Positions 10,050 through 20,267 of a stretch of 64,000 nt of DNA are shown in pieces. The notes below the pieces were generated by a model that was given only the letters and a program-made list of their open reading frames with translations, was not told where the DNA came from and did not search any database. Position 1 is the stretch's first letter. Every line of letters starts with the position of its first letter. Source of the stretch: Candidatus Velthaea sp. (GTDB lineage: Bacteria; Vulcanimicrobiota; Vulcanimicrobiia; Vulcanimicrobiales; Vulcanimicrobiaceae); NCBI GenBank assembly GCA_050012475.1, contig JBEKHC010000001.1, positions 32,001 through 96,000 of the forward strand, written 5' to 3'. Both the position numbers and the translations under genes were made by a program.

Positions 10050-11570
10050 GTGATCGTTCGCGAACCGGTCATCGTCCCGGGCTACAAGCTCGATCAGACG
10101 CGCACACCGTACTTCCAGGTCCTGCTCGACTACGTGGACGCGGGCGTCATCCCGTTCCACACCCCTGGTCACAAGCAGGGCATCGGGATGGATCGTGCGT
10201 TTCGCGACTTCGTCGGCGACAACGTGCTTGCCATCGATCTCACCCAGATCCGCGGACTCGACGACCTGCTGCAGCCGGAGGGGCCGCTGGTCGAGGCGCA
10301 GGAGCTGGCTGCGGAGTGTTTCGGCGCCGAACACACCTTCTTTTTGATCAACGGCTCGACCAGCGGCAACCAGTGCATGATGATGGCGGCGCTCAACCCG
10401 GGCGACCGCATCCTGCTGCCGCGCAACTCGCACAAGTCGGCGATGGGCGGACTCATCATGAGCGGCGCCTATCCGGTTTGGATGCAGCCCGAAGTCGATG
10501 AGTCGCTGCACATGGATCATACCGTCACGCCGCAATGCGTGCGTGCCGCACTCGAAGAGCATGCCGGCATCGCTTGCGTGTACATCGTTTCGCCGACGTA
10601 CTACGGCGTCGCCGCCGATATCGCCGGGATCGCCGACGTCGCCCACGAGTATGGCATTCCGCTGCTCGTCGACGAGGCCTGGGGGCCGCATTTCCACTTT
10701 CATCCGGCGCTGCCCAAGTCCGCGATGCAAGCGGGAGCCGACATGTGCATCAACTCGACGCACAAGATGCTCGGGTCGCTCTCGCAAACCGCGATGCTGC
10801 ACGTTCAAGGCGAGCGGATCAAGCTCGATCGGCTCAAGGCCGTCTACAAACTGTTCCTGTCGACCTCGCCGAACCTGGTGCTCGTCGCTTCGCTCGACGT
10901 TGCCCGCCGCCAGATGGCGCTCGAAGGCCCGGCGCTGCTGTCGCGGACGATCGAGATCTCGAACGATACGCGCCGGCGGCTCAACGCGATCCCCGGCATC
11001 TACTGCTTCGGCGACGAGCTCGAAGGACGTCCGGGCGTGTTCGATCTCGACCCCACCAAGGTCACGATCACGGTCAAGAATCTCGGCTACACCGGGTACG
11101 AGGCCGAAGAGATTCTCCGCCGGCGCTACAACGTCCAGTGCGAGCTGGCCGATCTGTTCAATACGCTGGCGCTCTTCACGATCGGGACCACGGTCGACGC
11201 CGCCGACGAGCTGGTGTACGCGGTGCGTGAGCTCGCCCGCGAAGACCGTCCCGTCGACATCTTCTCGCCGTCGGGCGTCTTGGAACGCCGGGTCAAAACC
11301 GGAACGTACCACCTGCCGCGGATTCCGCCGATCCGGCTGCTGCCGCGCGAAGCGTTCCTCTCGCCGACCGAATTCGTGCCGTTCAAGAAAAGCGCCGGCC
11401 GCATCTGCGCCGAGGTGATCACGCCGTATCCGCCCGGCATTCCGGTCATCTCGCCGGGCGAAGAGATCACGCGCGAGATCATCGACTATCTCGATTTGGA
11501 AAAAAAAGCCGGCGTCAAGATGCAGGGCCCCTACGATTCCGACCTGCGCAAGATTCGCGTCGTCCTGTAG
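10050..11570 (+). CDS. PLP-dependent Orn/Lys/Arg decarboxylase (Bacillus SpeA/YaaO type)
   Basis: FHTPGHKQG, LINGST, PRNSHKS, VDEAWG, NSTHK (PLP Lys), TPYPPGIP. Confidence 0.92.
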   Translation: MIVREPVIVPGYKLDQTRTPYFQVLLDYVDAGVIPFHTPGHKQGIGMDRAFRDFVGDNVLAIDLTQIRGLDDLLQPEGPLVEAQELAAECFGAEHTFFLINGSTSGNQCMMMAALNPGDRILLPRNSHKSAMGGLIMSGAYPVWMQPEVDESLHMDHTVTPQCVRAALEEHAGIACVYIVSPTYYGVAADIAGIADVAHEYGIPLLVDEAWGPHFHFHPALPKSAMQAGADMCINSTHKMLGSLSQTAMLHVQGERIKLDRLKAVYKLFLSTSPNLVLVASLDVARRQMALEGPALLSRTIEISNDTRRRLNAIPGIYCFGDELEGRPGVFDLDPTKVTITVKNLGYTGYEAEEILRRRYNVQCELADLFNTLALFTIGTTVDAADELVYAVRELAREDRPVDIFSPSGVLERRVKTGTYHLPRIPPIRLLPREAFLSPTEFVPFKKSAGRICAEVITPYPPGIPVISPGEEITREIIDYLDLEKKAGVKMQGPYDSDLRKIRVVL

Positions 11571-11585
11571 CAAACGAGTGCAACG

Positions 11586-11627
11586 AAAAAGAGACGAGCC
11601 GCCGGTTTCCCGGCGGCTCGTCTCTTT
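11586..11627. terminator. Bidirectional intrinsic terminator
   Basis: aaagagacgagccgccgg-tttc-ccggcggctcgtctcttt perfect stem between convergent genes. Confidence 0.85.
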
Positions 11628-11646
11628 GTGAAGAACGTGACGAACG

Positions 11647-13041
11647 TTAACGAGCTTCGGTTGTGATCCGAGTCCCGTTCGCATTGGGAATGACGAGCGG
11701 CATTGGATCGATCCCGTGGATCGCAAGGTCGCCGCCTTCGACATCGCCGTCGCTGGCACGCAGCGGGACGATGAACGAAACGATTTTCAGAACGATGAAG
11801 GTGGCGATCGCATCGTAGATGATGATGAACGCCGCCGCGACGAGCTGGAAGCCGAGCTGTTTGAAGCCTTGGCCGTACATCAGCCCGCCCACCGAGAATG
11901 CCGGAGTCTTCTTTTCGTTCGTGCTGAGATACTCGATCATCGCGGGATTGCCCATCACGCCGACCATCAGGCCGCCGATCAGACCGGCAACGCCGTGAGT
12001 GTGCAGCACGCCGAACGTATCGTCAACCTTGCGCAGCAGTGCGGTATTGCCGATGATGTTCAAGCTGAACCAAGCGATGCCGCCGGCGACGAGGCCGACC
12101 ACGATCGCACCAAAGCCGTCGACGAAGCCGGCGCCCGGCGTGATCGCGACGAGCCCGACGATCATGCCGTTGATCATCGAAACCGCGTTGACTTTCTTGG
12201 TGACGAACATATCGAGGATGAGCCAGACGAGCAGCGACATCGCCGTGCAGACGTTGGTATTGAGCACGGCTGCGCCCGCGTCGGCGTTGGCAGTATACGG
12301 ATCGCCGCCGTTGAAGCCGTTCCAGCCCAGCCACAGGATGCCGGCGCCGGCGAGCGCCATGATCAAGTTATTCGGCTCGAAATCTTTGCGGTCCGAAAGC
12401 GAACGCGCACCGACCATCGCCGCCGAGACGAAGCCCGAAACACCGGCTGCCAGATGGATGACGTACCCACCCGAATAGTCGACCGCGCCCAATTGCGCGA
12501 GCCAGCCGCCGCCCCAAATCGAGAAGCAGCCGACGGAGTAAACGCAGAGGCTCCACAACGGAACGAAGATCATCCACGCTTTAAAGTTCATCCGCCCGAG
12601 CACAGAGCCCGCGATCAAAATCGGCGTGATCGCCGCAAAGACGAACTGAAAGTAAATCATCGCCGCGCCGGGCATGCGAAGATCCGGCAGCGATGCTGCT
12701 GCTGCGGGAATGTTCGCCTGACCGATCAGCGCATCAGGAGTAAGCGCCCAGTGGGGAAGACCCAAGAATTGGTTTCCGGCAATTGCTAACCACGGATTGC
12801 CGAACGACATGTTATAGCCTAACAGAACCCACGCCAGCAACACGATCGAAAATGCGTAGAAGCACATTACGGCCGAGTTGAGCGCCCACTTTTTCTTTAC
12901 GAGCCCCGCATACAGAATAGCGAGACCCGGGATGCTTTGCAGCCCGACAAACGTTCCGGCGGTTAATTGCCACGCCGTGTCCCCCGAATTTAGAAACGGC
13001 GGCGCCGGTATGAGCGGATTAACATCCGCGAGAAAAAACAA
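11647..13041 (-). CDS. amtB: Ammonium transporter (Amt family)
   Basis: GDTAWQL, FQFVFAAIT, DYSGGYVIH, LWLGWNGFNGG, DDTFGVLHTHG; TTG start 13041 after GAGGGG is inferred. Confidence 0.92.
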   Translation of the reverse strand: MFFLADVNPLIPAPPFLNSGDTAWQLTAGTFVGLQSIPGLAILYAGLVKKKWALNSAVMCFYAFSIVLLAWVLLGYNMSFGNPWLAIAGNQFLGLPHWALTPDALIGQANIPAAAASLPDLRMPGAAMIYFQFVFAAITPILIAGSVLGRMNFKAWMIFVPLWSLCVYSVGCFSIWGGGWLAQLGAVDYSGGYVIHLAAGVSGFVSAAMVGARSLSDRKDFEPNNLIMALAGAGILWLGWNGFNGGDPYTANADAGAAVLNTNVCTAMSLLVWLILDMFVTKKVNAVSMINGMIVGLVAITPGAGFVDGFGAIVVGLVAGGIAWFSLNIIGNTALLRKVDDTFGVLHTHGVAGLIGGLMVGVMGNPAMIEYLSTNEKKTPAFSVGGLMYGQGFKQLGFQLVAAAFIIIYDAIATFIVLKIVSFIVPLRASDGDVEGGDLAIHGIDPMPLVIPNANGTRITTEAR

Positions 13042-13382
13042 GAGATAGACCCCCTCGCAAAGCCACGTGAGGCCTCTAGGATAGCCCTTCCCCGCCAAGC
13101 ATAGCATTCGACAAGCGCGTAACGAATCGGCGAAAGCCCGTTCTATACGTATATATTACGAATGTACGAACAGGGTAATTCGCGCGGTAGCGCAAGCGTG
13201 CTGGATTTCCTGCTTCCCCAATAGTCCTGAAATTGTTTCCCAATTATACCCGATTTTCACCGCTTTTGATCCAACCGCCGTCCACGGCGCGAAAAGGGCT
13301 GCCACATTGGGCTAAGGAAGGCTGTGTTCCGTCGCAGAACCGCGACGGTGTCTGCGAACAACAGACAAAAAGAGGATGGAGA

Positions 13383-14966
13383 TTGGCTGTCAACGCCGAG
13401 TCCTTCGCACCGAACCGGGAGCTGACGCAGCTCCTCGACATTTTCCCCCTCCCGTTGCGCCAGGCGCTGGTTCGCCTGCCGAATATCGTGAGCGTCATCG
13501 AAGTGATCCTCGACCTGGGCCGGCCGCCCGAGGCGCGGTTCGAAGACGACTTCGTGTTTCTCTCCGATCACCCGGTCACGCACGAGGATATCGCGCACGT
13601 CGTCTCCCGGCTGTCGCCCTTCGGCGCCGATAACCGGGCCGGCATCGAAAAAACGCTGCATCGCATCAGCGCGATCAAGAACCGGACCGGGAAGATCGTC
13701 GGACTGACGTGCCGCGTGGGCCGGGCCGTCTACGGTACGATCGATATCATCCTCGACGTCATCCGCAGCGGGAAGTCGATTTGCCTGCTCGGACGTCCGG
13801 GCGTGGGCAAGACGACGATGCTGCGCGAGTGCGCGCGCGTGCTCAGCGAAGATCGCAAACGCGTCGTCATCGTCGACACGTCGAACGAAATCGCCGGCGA
13901 CGGCGACGTGCCGCACCCCGGCATCGGGCATGCGCGGCGCATGCCGGTCGCGGATCCGGCGCTGCAGCACAACGTGATGATCGAAGCGGTCGAAAACCAC
14001 ATGCCGCAGGTCATCGTCATCGACGAAATCGGCACCGAAGCCGAAGCGTTGGCGGCGCGGACGATCGCCGAGCGCGGCGTTCAGCTCATCGGCACCGCGC
14101 ACGGCCAAACCCTCGAGAATCTGCTGATGAACCCGACGCTGTCGGACCTCATGGGGGGCATCAGCGCGGTCACGCTTTCCGATGAAGAAGCGCGCCGCCG
14201 CGGCACGCGCAAGACGGTGCTCGAGCGCAAGGCGCCGCCGACGTTCGACGTGCTGATCGAGATCCAGGATCGCGACCGGCTGGCCATCCACACCAACGTC
14301 GGGGACGTGGTCGACGCACTGTTGCGCGGCTATACCCCGCAGCCCGAAGTTCGCCAGCGCATGCCCGGCGGCGCGGTGTCGGTCGTTCAGGAGGCGAATG
14401 CCGAAGCGCTGGCGATCAGCAAGCCGCGCGATACGCGGCCGCAGCAACAGCGCGAAGACGAACTGCTCTTCGGCACCAACGCCGCCACCGGCGACGATCA
14501 CGACAAGCCGTTGCTCATCTTTCCCTACGGCGTTTCACGCAACAAGATCGAACGCGCCGTCCACAATCTGCGCGTCAACGCGTCGATCGCGCGCAAATGG
14601 GACGATGCCGATGTGGTGCTGACCCTCAAGACGCTGGAACGCAAGGAATCGGAGCGGCTCAAAACCATCGCCGCCGAGAACATTCCGATCTATTCGATCA
14701 AGACCAATACCACGACCCAGATTCAAACCGCGCTCAAAGACGTCTTCGATCTGCCGACGATCGACAACGAAGAGATCGCGATGCGCGAAGCCGAAGAAGC
14801 GGTCTACCAAGTCTTGCTCGACAGCCACGCGATCGAGCTGACGCCGCAATCGTCGTACATCCGGCGCATGCAGCACCAAGTCGCGGAAAAATACCGCCTG
14901 CAATCGCGCAGCACCGGCTTGGAACCCAATCGGCGCGTCCAGATCTTCCGCGGCGCCGAAGTTTAG
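13383..14966 (+). CDS. Ycf45-like AAA ATPase with C-terminal R3H domain
   Basis: DLGRPPEAR, GRPGVGKTT, VDTSNEIAGDGD, IDEIG, R3H RRMQH; TTG start inferred. Confidence 0.88.
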   Translation: MAVNAESFAPNRELTQLLDIFPLPLRQALVRLPNIVSVIEVILDLGRPPEARFEDDFVFLSDHPVTHEDIAHVVSRLSPFGADNRAGIEKTLHRISAIKNRTGKIVGLTCRVGRAVYGTIDIILDVIRSGKSICLLGRPGVGKTTMLRECARVLSEDRKRVVIVDTSNEIAGDGDVPHPGIGHARRMPVADPALQHNVMIEAVENHMPQVIVIDEIGTEAEALAARTIAERGVQLIGTAHGQTLENLLMNPTLSDLMGGISAVTLSDEEARRRGTRKTVLERKAPPTFDVLIEIQDRDRLAIHTNVGDVVDALLRGYTPQPEVRQRMPGGAVSVVQEANAEALAISKPRDTRPQQQREDELLFGTNAATGDDHDKPLLIFPYGVSRNKIERAVHNLRVNASIARKWDDADVVLTLKTLERKESERLKTIAAENIPIYSIKTNTTTQIQTALKDVFDLPTIDNEEIAMREAEEAVYQVLLDSHAIELTPQSSYIRRMQHQVAEKYRLQSRSTGLEPNRRVQIFRGAEV

Positions 14967-14971
14967 CGAGG

Positions 14972-15589
14972 GTGTTCATTACCTTCGAGGGGATCGAAGG
15001 CTCCGGCAAAACGTCGCTGATCGCCGGGCTGGCACTCGAACTGCGTTCGATCGGCGCGGACGTCTTCGTCACGCGCGAACCGGGCGGCACCGCGTTCGGC
15101 GACGCCGTGCGCAAGATCTTCGTCGATCCCGGGGCGCGCATCGAGCCGCTCGCCGAGGCGTTTCTCATGAACGCCTCGCGCGCGCAGCTCGTCGCCGAGC
15201 GCATTGCGCCGATGCTCAAAACCGGAGCGATCATTTTGTGCGACCGCTTCTTCGACGCGACCGTCGCTTATCAAGGCTACGGGCGCGGACTCGATATCGA
15301 GATGCTCATCCGGTTGTCGCTGGTGGCGAGTCAGTCGATTGCCCCGGATATGACGTTTCTGATCGACGTCGAGCCGCGGGTATCGCGCGCGCGCGTCGAT
15401 GCGCGGGGCGTGGCCGACCGGCTCGAACGCGAAGACGACGGTTTCCACGAGCGCGTTCGTCAGGGCTACCTCGAACTGGCCCGGCGCTTCGACCGGATCG
15501 TCATCCTCAACGGCAGCGAATCGCCCGAGCACCTCATCGCGCAAGCCCTGCAGATCATCGTTCGGCGCCGGTACACGATCGCACTATGA
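14972..15589 (+). CDS. tmk: Thymidylate kinase
   Basis: FITFEGIEGSGKT, TREPGG, CDRF..AT.AYQGYGRG. Confidence 0.95.
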   Translation: MFITFEGIEGSGKTSLIAGLALELRSIGADVFVTREPGGTAFGDAVRKIFVDPGARIEPLAEAFLMNASRAQLVAERIAPMLKTGAIILCDRFFDATVAYQGYGRGLDIEMLIRLSLVASQSIAPDMTFLIDVEPRVSRARVDARGVADRLEREDDGFHERVRQGYLELARRFDRIVILNGSESPEHLIAQALQIIVRRRYTIAL

Positions 15590-16587
15590 TCGAAGGCCAA
15601 TTCGACGTCGTCGGCGCCGCCGGACCGCTGACGTTCTTCGGTCATCTGTCCCCGGCCGCGCTCTCGCACGGATACTTGTTTGCCGGTCCCGCCGGAATCG
15701 GCAAGAAAACGTTCGCGCTGCGGCTCGCGCAGTCGCTCTTGTGCGTCACGCCGAAATCGACGCTGCTGGGATACTGCGGCCACTGCACGGGCTGCACGCG
15801 CGTCGTCGCCAAGTCGCATCCTGACTTGTACGTTGCCGAAGGCCAGCTCAAAATCGGCGATCGCGAAAGCGGCAGCGGTTTTCACGAAAGCGACGAAGCG
15901 ACGGCGCGCGACATCGTCCGCCAACTTTCGCTGCACTCGTACGCCGGCGGGAAGCGCGTGTTCATCCTGGGCGACGCCGATTTCACTCGCGAGGCGGCCA
16001 ACGCGCTGCTCAAGTTTTTCGAGGAGCCGCCGCCCGACGTCGTCCTGCTGCTGACGACGGCACAGCCCGGCCGGCTGCTGGCGACGATTCGCTCGCGACT
16101 CATCGAGGTGACCTTCGGACGGTTGACCGCTGCTGAGATCGCGGCTGTGCTGCAGCGCGAAGGCATCGACGCCGACGATGCGCTCAGTGCAGCGGAGATC
16201 GGCAACGGCAGCCTGGCGCGCGCCAAAGCGTATTTGGACGCCGGCGAAGGTGCGACGCGCGACGCTGCGGTCAGCTGGTTCTTTGCGGCGGTCGCCGGCA
16301 ACGAAGCCGATCATTCGCAGTGGGCGACGCGCGCGACGCTCGAAGACGGCCTCGATACGATCAAGACGCTCACGCGTGACTGGCTCGTCCTCGCGCTCGC
16401 GGGCCCCCAAGCGCCGCTCTTGGCCCGCGATCAAACGGCCCACCTCGAGCGTTTGCCCAAGCGCGAGCCGCTGGCGCTCACCCGCACGCTGGCCGCGATC
16501 GGCGACGCGGAACGCATCGCGCGCACGAACGTCACGCCGGCCCTCGTCGCCGGTCTGGTGCGGATGGCGTTGGCGCCGAGCCGCTAA
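15586..16587 (+). CDS. holB: DNA polymerase III delta' subunit
   Basis: HGYLFAGPAGIGK, Zn-binding CGHCTGC, AANALLKFFEEPP, TIRSR; ATGA overlap with tmk. Confidence 0.88.
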   Translation: MIEGQFDVVGAAGPLTFFGHLSPAALSHGYLFAGPAGIGKKTFALRLAQSLLCVTPKSTLLGYCGHCTGCTRVVAKSHPDLYVAEGQLKIGDRESGSGFHESDEATARDIVRQLSLHSYAGGKRVFILGDADFTREAANALLKFFEEPPPDVVLLLTTAQPGRLLATIRSRLIEVTFGRLTAAEIAAVLQREGIDADDALSAAEIGNGSLARAKAYLDAGEGATRDAAVSWFFAAVAGNEADHSQWATRATLEDGLDTIKTLTRDWLVLALAGPQAPLLARDQTAHLERLPKREPLALTRTLAAIGDAERIARTNVTPALVAGLVRMALAPSR

Positions 16588-16635
16588 AGCTCCGTAATCT
16601 TACCGACTCGTGGCCCGGCCTCGCGCCGTAGGTTC

Positions 16636-17385
16636 TCAGCGCCGGCCGAAACTGATGTCCGAATAGGTCTTGGTGACGATGAGCGCGATGTAACTGAGCG
16701 CAATGGCCTGGACGAGCGCGCCCAACAGCGCCCGCAGCAAGGATGAAGAGGCGAACGCGAGCGGCGCGAGCAGAATGTCGATGAACGGCGCCAGCAGCAC
16801 GCCCAAGAACAGGTAGAGCGCGACCGAGACGATGGCCACCACGATCGTGGGCAGCGGATTGGCGCGCGCGCGTTCGATCGAGACGTTCAGTGCCGCACCG
16901 CCCGGCACGCCGCCGATGGACGCCGCGGGGATGGTGTAGATCAAGAAGTAGATCGCGATGGCGGCCAGGATGAGCGAGATATTGCCGATGAGCGTTCCGG
17001 CGAACAACGCCAGGTAGAGGACGAACGTGAAGCCCATCGCTGCGGTGAGGATCTCGCCGCCCTTGCGCCGCGCCTCGTTCCATCCCTCGTCGAATGAAGC
17101 GCGGCCGCGGCGCCAGGCCATGTCGGCGATGATGCACGCGGCGCCGAACCCAAACATGTTGAGCAGCACGAGCAGGAAGGACATGAGGCCGTTGGTCAAA
17201 CTGCCTACGCCGCTTGCCACCCCGCCCAAGACGCCGCCCCCGCCGCCGGCGGCGCCGCTGACCTGCGAAACGAGAACGCCGACGATGGCCATGAGCAGCG
17301 GCACCACGATGATCGACGGATTGCGCACGAACAGACCGAGCGCGCGCACGTACATCATCGGGTCGAGGTTGCGCAGCTGCTGCAT
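16636..17385 (-). CDS. Hypothetical integral membrane protein
   Basis: About 6 hydrophobic segments; follows mtnP by 6 nt. Confidence 0.75.
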   Translation of the reverse strand: MQQLRNLDPMMYVRALGLFVRNPSIIVVPLLMAIVGVLVSQVSGAAGGGGGVLGGVASGVGSLTNGLMSFLLVLLNMFGFGAACIIADMAWRRGRASFDEGWNEARRKGGEILTAAMGFTFVLYLALFAGTLIGNISLILAAIAIYFLIYTIPAASIGGVPGGAALNVSIERARANPLPTIVVAIVSVALYLFLGVLLAPFIDILLAPLAFASSSLLRALLGALVQAIALSYIALIVTKTYSDISFGRR

Positions 17386-17391
17386 GCTAAT

Positions 17392-18195
17392 TCAACCGCG
17401 CGCGCCGGACAGCGCGCTGCCGCACCCGCAGGTACGCTCGGCCGGAATGTTTTCGATGATCTTGAAAATCGCGTTTTTCACCCGCTCGTTGTTGCTGGCG
17501 AAGATCTTCATGACTTCGGCGTGGGAGACGGGTTCGACGCCGTGTTGGCCCTCCAGGCCGACATCGTAGTCGGTGATGAGCGAGATGTTGACGTAACACA
17601 TCTCGAGTTCGCGGGCCAGATAGGACTCGGGATAGTTGGTCATGTTGATGACCTCCCAGCCTAGCGACGAGAACCACTTGGATTCGGCGCGAGTCGAGAA
17701 GCGCGGACCCTGGATCACGACAATCGTCCCTTTATCGTGGGTGGTGATCCCCAAACCGCGGAGCTGTTCGACGGCGATTGGGCGCAGTTGCGCGCAGTAC
17801 GGATCGGCGAAGCTCACGTGCGTGGTGATCGGGCCATCGTAGAAGGTGTCGATGCGGCCGCTGGTGCGGTCGACGATTTGGTCGGCGACGACCATTTCGC
17901 CGGGCTTGACCTCCGCCTTGAGCGACCCGCACGCCGTCGGCCCGATGATCCGCGTGACGCCCAACGATTTCATCGCCCAAGCGTTGGCGCGGTAGTTGAT
18001 CGATTGGGGCGGAAAGCGATGATCTTTGCCGTGCCGCGGAAGAAATGCCACGTTCTTTCCCGCGATGACGCCCAGCGCCACCTTGTCGGACGGCAGCCCA
18101 TACGGCGTTTCGATCCACGCTTCGCGCGGATTTTCGATCAGGCTATAAAAACCTGATCCGCCAAAAACACCGATTTCGGCCTGTTCTCCTGCCAA
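17392..18195 (-). CDS. mtnP: S-methyl-5'-thioadenosine phosphorylase
   Basis: IGVFGGSG, FLPRHG, GPRFSTRAES, INMT, TDYD; TTG start after GAGGA. Confidence 0.92.
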   Translation of the reverse strand: MAGEQAEIGVFGGSGFYSLIENPREAWIETPYGLPSDKVALGVIAGKNVAFLPRHGKDHRFPPQSINYRANAWAMKSLGVTRIIGPTACGSLKAEVKPGEMVVADQIVDRTSGRIDTFYDGPITTHVSFADPYCAQLRPIAVEQLRGLGITTHDKGTIVVIQGPRFSTRAESKWFSSLGWEVINMTNYPESYLARELEMCYVNISLITDYDVGLEGQHGVEPVSHAEVMKIFASNNERVKNAIFKIIENIPAERTCGCGSALSGARG

Positions 18196-18336
18196 CTTCC
18201 TCAACTCCGATCGACTCACAGCTCGGGCACATCGCTCCGGCACCCCGCGCCTTACGCGCGAAAAAGGCAACGCCCGGCGTTCTCAACCGTTCGTTCTACT
18301 CCCTTGCCTGCGACCGGTTTCAGCCCGCTGGGCGGT

Positions 18337-18810
18337 TTATTCGGTGAAGTCGCTGGGTTTGAGCTCTTCGAGGAACTTCTTGAATTTTTGCGTTTCCTCG
18401 ACTTCGGCTTTTTTGTCGGGGACCGTTTCCTCGAGCGCGATCTTGTCGGTCACGAAAATGGGCGCTTGCATCCGCAGCGCCAGCGCGATCCCGTCGGACG
18501 GCCGCGCGTCGATTTCCGTGGTATCCCCGTTTTGGCGCACGATCAGCTTGGCGAAGAACGTCGAGTCCTTGATGTCGTGGATGATGATCTGCTCGAGCTT
18601 GCCCTGCAGCGATTCCAGGATCGTGCGCATGAGATCGTGCGACAACGGCCGCGGAACGGCGGTTCCTTCGAGCGCTAGGGCAATAGCGGTCGCCTCGAAA
18701 GGGCCGATCAAGATGGGAAGATAGCGCTTGCCTTCGAGGTCTTTGAGGATCACAACCGGGTCGTGCGTCAGCAAATCGATTCCGAGCTTGTCGACCTTCA
18801 TCTGCCGCAT
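18337..18810 (-). CDS. Bifunctional nuclease family protein (DUF151)
   Basis: LPILIGPFEA.AIA, RPLSHDL, DARPSDGIALALR. Confidence 0.92.
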   Translation of the reverse strand: MRQMKVDKLGIDLLTHDPVVILKDLEGKRYLPILIGPFEATAIALALEGTAVPRPLSHDLMRTILESLQGKLEQIIIHDIKDSTFFAKLIVRQNGDTTEIDARPSDGIALALRMQAPIFVTDKIALEETVPDKKAEVEETQKFKKFLEELKPSDFTE

Positions 18811-18957
18811 GTATTCGCTAATCCTACGGCCCCAGGGCGAATCCTGTAGCGCGGCATATCACGCAGCATGCTCTTATCGTGCCGCTATTCATGCTGCTCT
18901 CGCCCGCGCCCGGCGGCGGGCCGCCGGCTCCCCGCGCAATCGGTAGACGCCTGACCG

Positions 18958-20052
18958 ATGGCCCTTTCATGCGGGATCGTGGGACTGCCCAACGTCGGAA
19001 AGTCGACGATCTTCAACGCGCTCACGCGGTCGGCTCAGGCGCTGGCCGCAAACTATCCGTTTGCCACCATCGAACCCAACGTGGGCGAGGTCCCGGTGCC
19101 CGACCCGCGCATCCGGACGCTCGCGGAGATCAGCGGCACGGACAAGCTCGTCTACGCCACGATGCGCTTCGTCGACATCGCCGGCTTAGTGCGCGGCGCG
19201 TCCGGCGGTCAAGGCTTGGGCAACGCGTTCCTGTCGCACATCCGCGAAACCGATGCGGTCGTGATGGTCGTGCGCTGCTTCGAAGACGACAACGTGACGC
19301 ATGTCGAGGGCGGCCCGGACCCGCTGCGCGACATCGACATCATCAACATTGAAATGTCGCTGGCCGATCTGGCGACGCTGCAAAAGCGCCGCGACAAGCT
19401 GGCGCGCGAAGCTCGCTCGAATCCGAAGCTGGCGCCGCGGCTCGAGGCGCTCTTGCGCCTCACCGCCGCCCTCGAGGGGGGCACGCCGGCGCGGAGTTTT
19501 CCGCCTGGCTCGCTCGAGGCCGAGATCGCGCGCGAAGTCTTTCTGCTGACCGCCAAACCGATTCTTTACGTTGCGAACGTCGACGAGGGGCAGATCGGCA
19601 AGCTCGGTCCGCTCGCCCAAGCCGTCTTCGGCGTCGCGCTGGCCGAAAACAGCCGTGCCATCGCCTTTTCGGGCAAGATCGAAGCCGAATTCGCCGGACT
19701 CAGCGATGAGGAGGCCGACGAATTCCGGCGCGACTTCGGCATCCTCGTCGGCGGCCTCGACCAGCTCATCGTCCAAGCGTACGACCTCTTGGGACTCATG
19801 ACGTTTCTGACGACCGGCGAGAAAGAAACGCGGGCCTGGATGATCGAGAAGAACACGAAAGCGCCGGCCGCGGCGGGCAAGATTCACTCGGACATCGAGC
19901 GCGGCTTCATCCGGGCCGAGATCTGCACGTTCGACGATTTCGTCGCCTACAAATCGCGCGACGCGCTCCGCACCGCCGGCCTGCTCCGTTCCGAGGGCAA
20001 GGACTACATCATGCAGGAAGGCGACATCGTCGAGTTCCGCTTCAACGTCTGA
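18958..20052 (+). CDS. ychF: Ribosome-binding ATPase YchF
   Basis: GIVGLPNVGKST, ANYPFATIEPN, DIAGLV, TGS-domain end EGDIVEFRFNV. Confidence 0.96.
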   Translation: MALSCGIVGLPNVGKSTIFNALTRSAQALAANYPFATIEPNVGEVPVPDPRIRTLAEISGTDKLVYATMRFVDIAGLVRGASGGQGLGNAFLSHIRETDAVVMVVRCFEDDNVTHVEGGPDPLRDIDIINIEMSLADLATLQKRRDKLAREARSNPKLAPRLEALLRLTAALEGGTPARSFPPGSLEAEIAREVFLLTAKPILYVANVDEGQIGKLGPLAQAVFGVALAENSRAIAFSGKIEAEFAGLSDEEADEFRRDFGILVGGLDQLIVQAYDLLGLMTFLTTGEKETRAWMIEKNTKAPAAAGKIHSDIERGFIRAEICTFDDFVAYKSRDALRTAGLLRSEGKDYIMQEGDIVEFRFNV

Positions 20053-20267
20053 TGGCAGCTAAGCTCAAACGCGGCCGCCCTGAGCGTTCCAAGACTTCGA
20101 TGCTACTGCGTGGTGACGTTTGGAGGGTGCATTTTCGCCAGTGCGTGAGGGGTCGAAAGTCCGAGCGCACGTGTATCGCTTTGTGCGACAATTGTCGAAG
20201 AAAAAGGTAGGACATTTGTGTTTTTGTCCCACCACGAAACAATGGATTGCCCGGAGGCCAGACTTGT

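Noticed and set aside
9726..11759. Long antisense ORFs (e.g. 9726..11759, 27934..29703, 45653..47620, 48380..50230)
   Set aside because: Typical high-GC shadow ORFs opposite well-supported genes, with no recognisable motifs.
13108..13380. NtcA/GlnR/TnrA box upstream of amt
   Set aside because: Short AT-rich palindromes (CGTA-N5-TACG at 13148-13160) do not match those consensus spacings convincingly.
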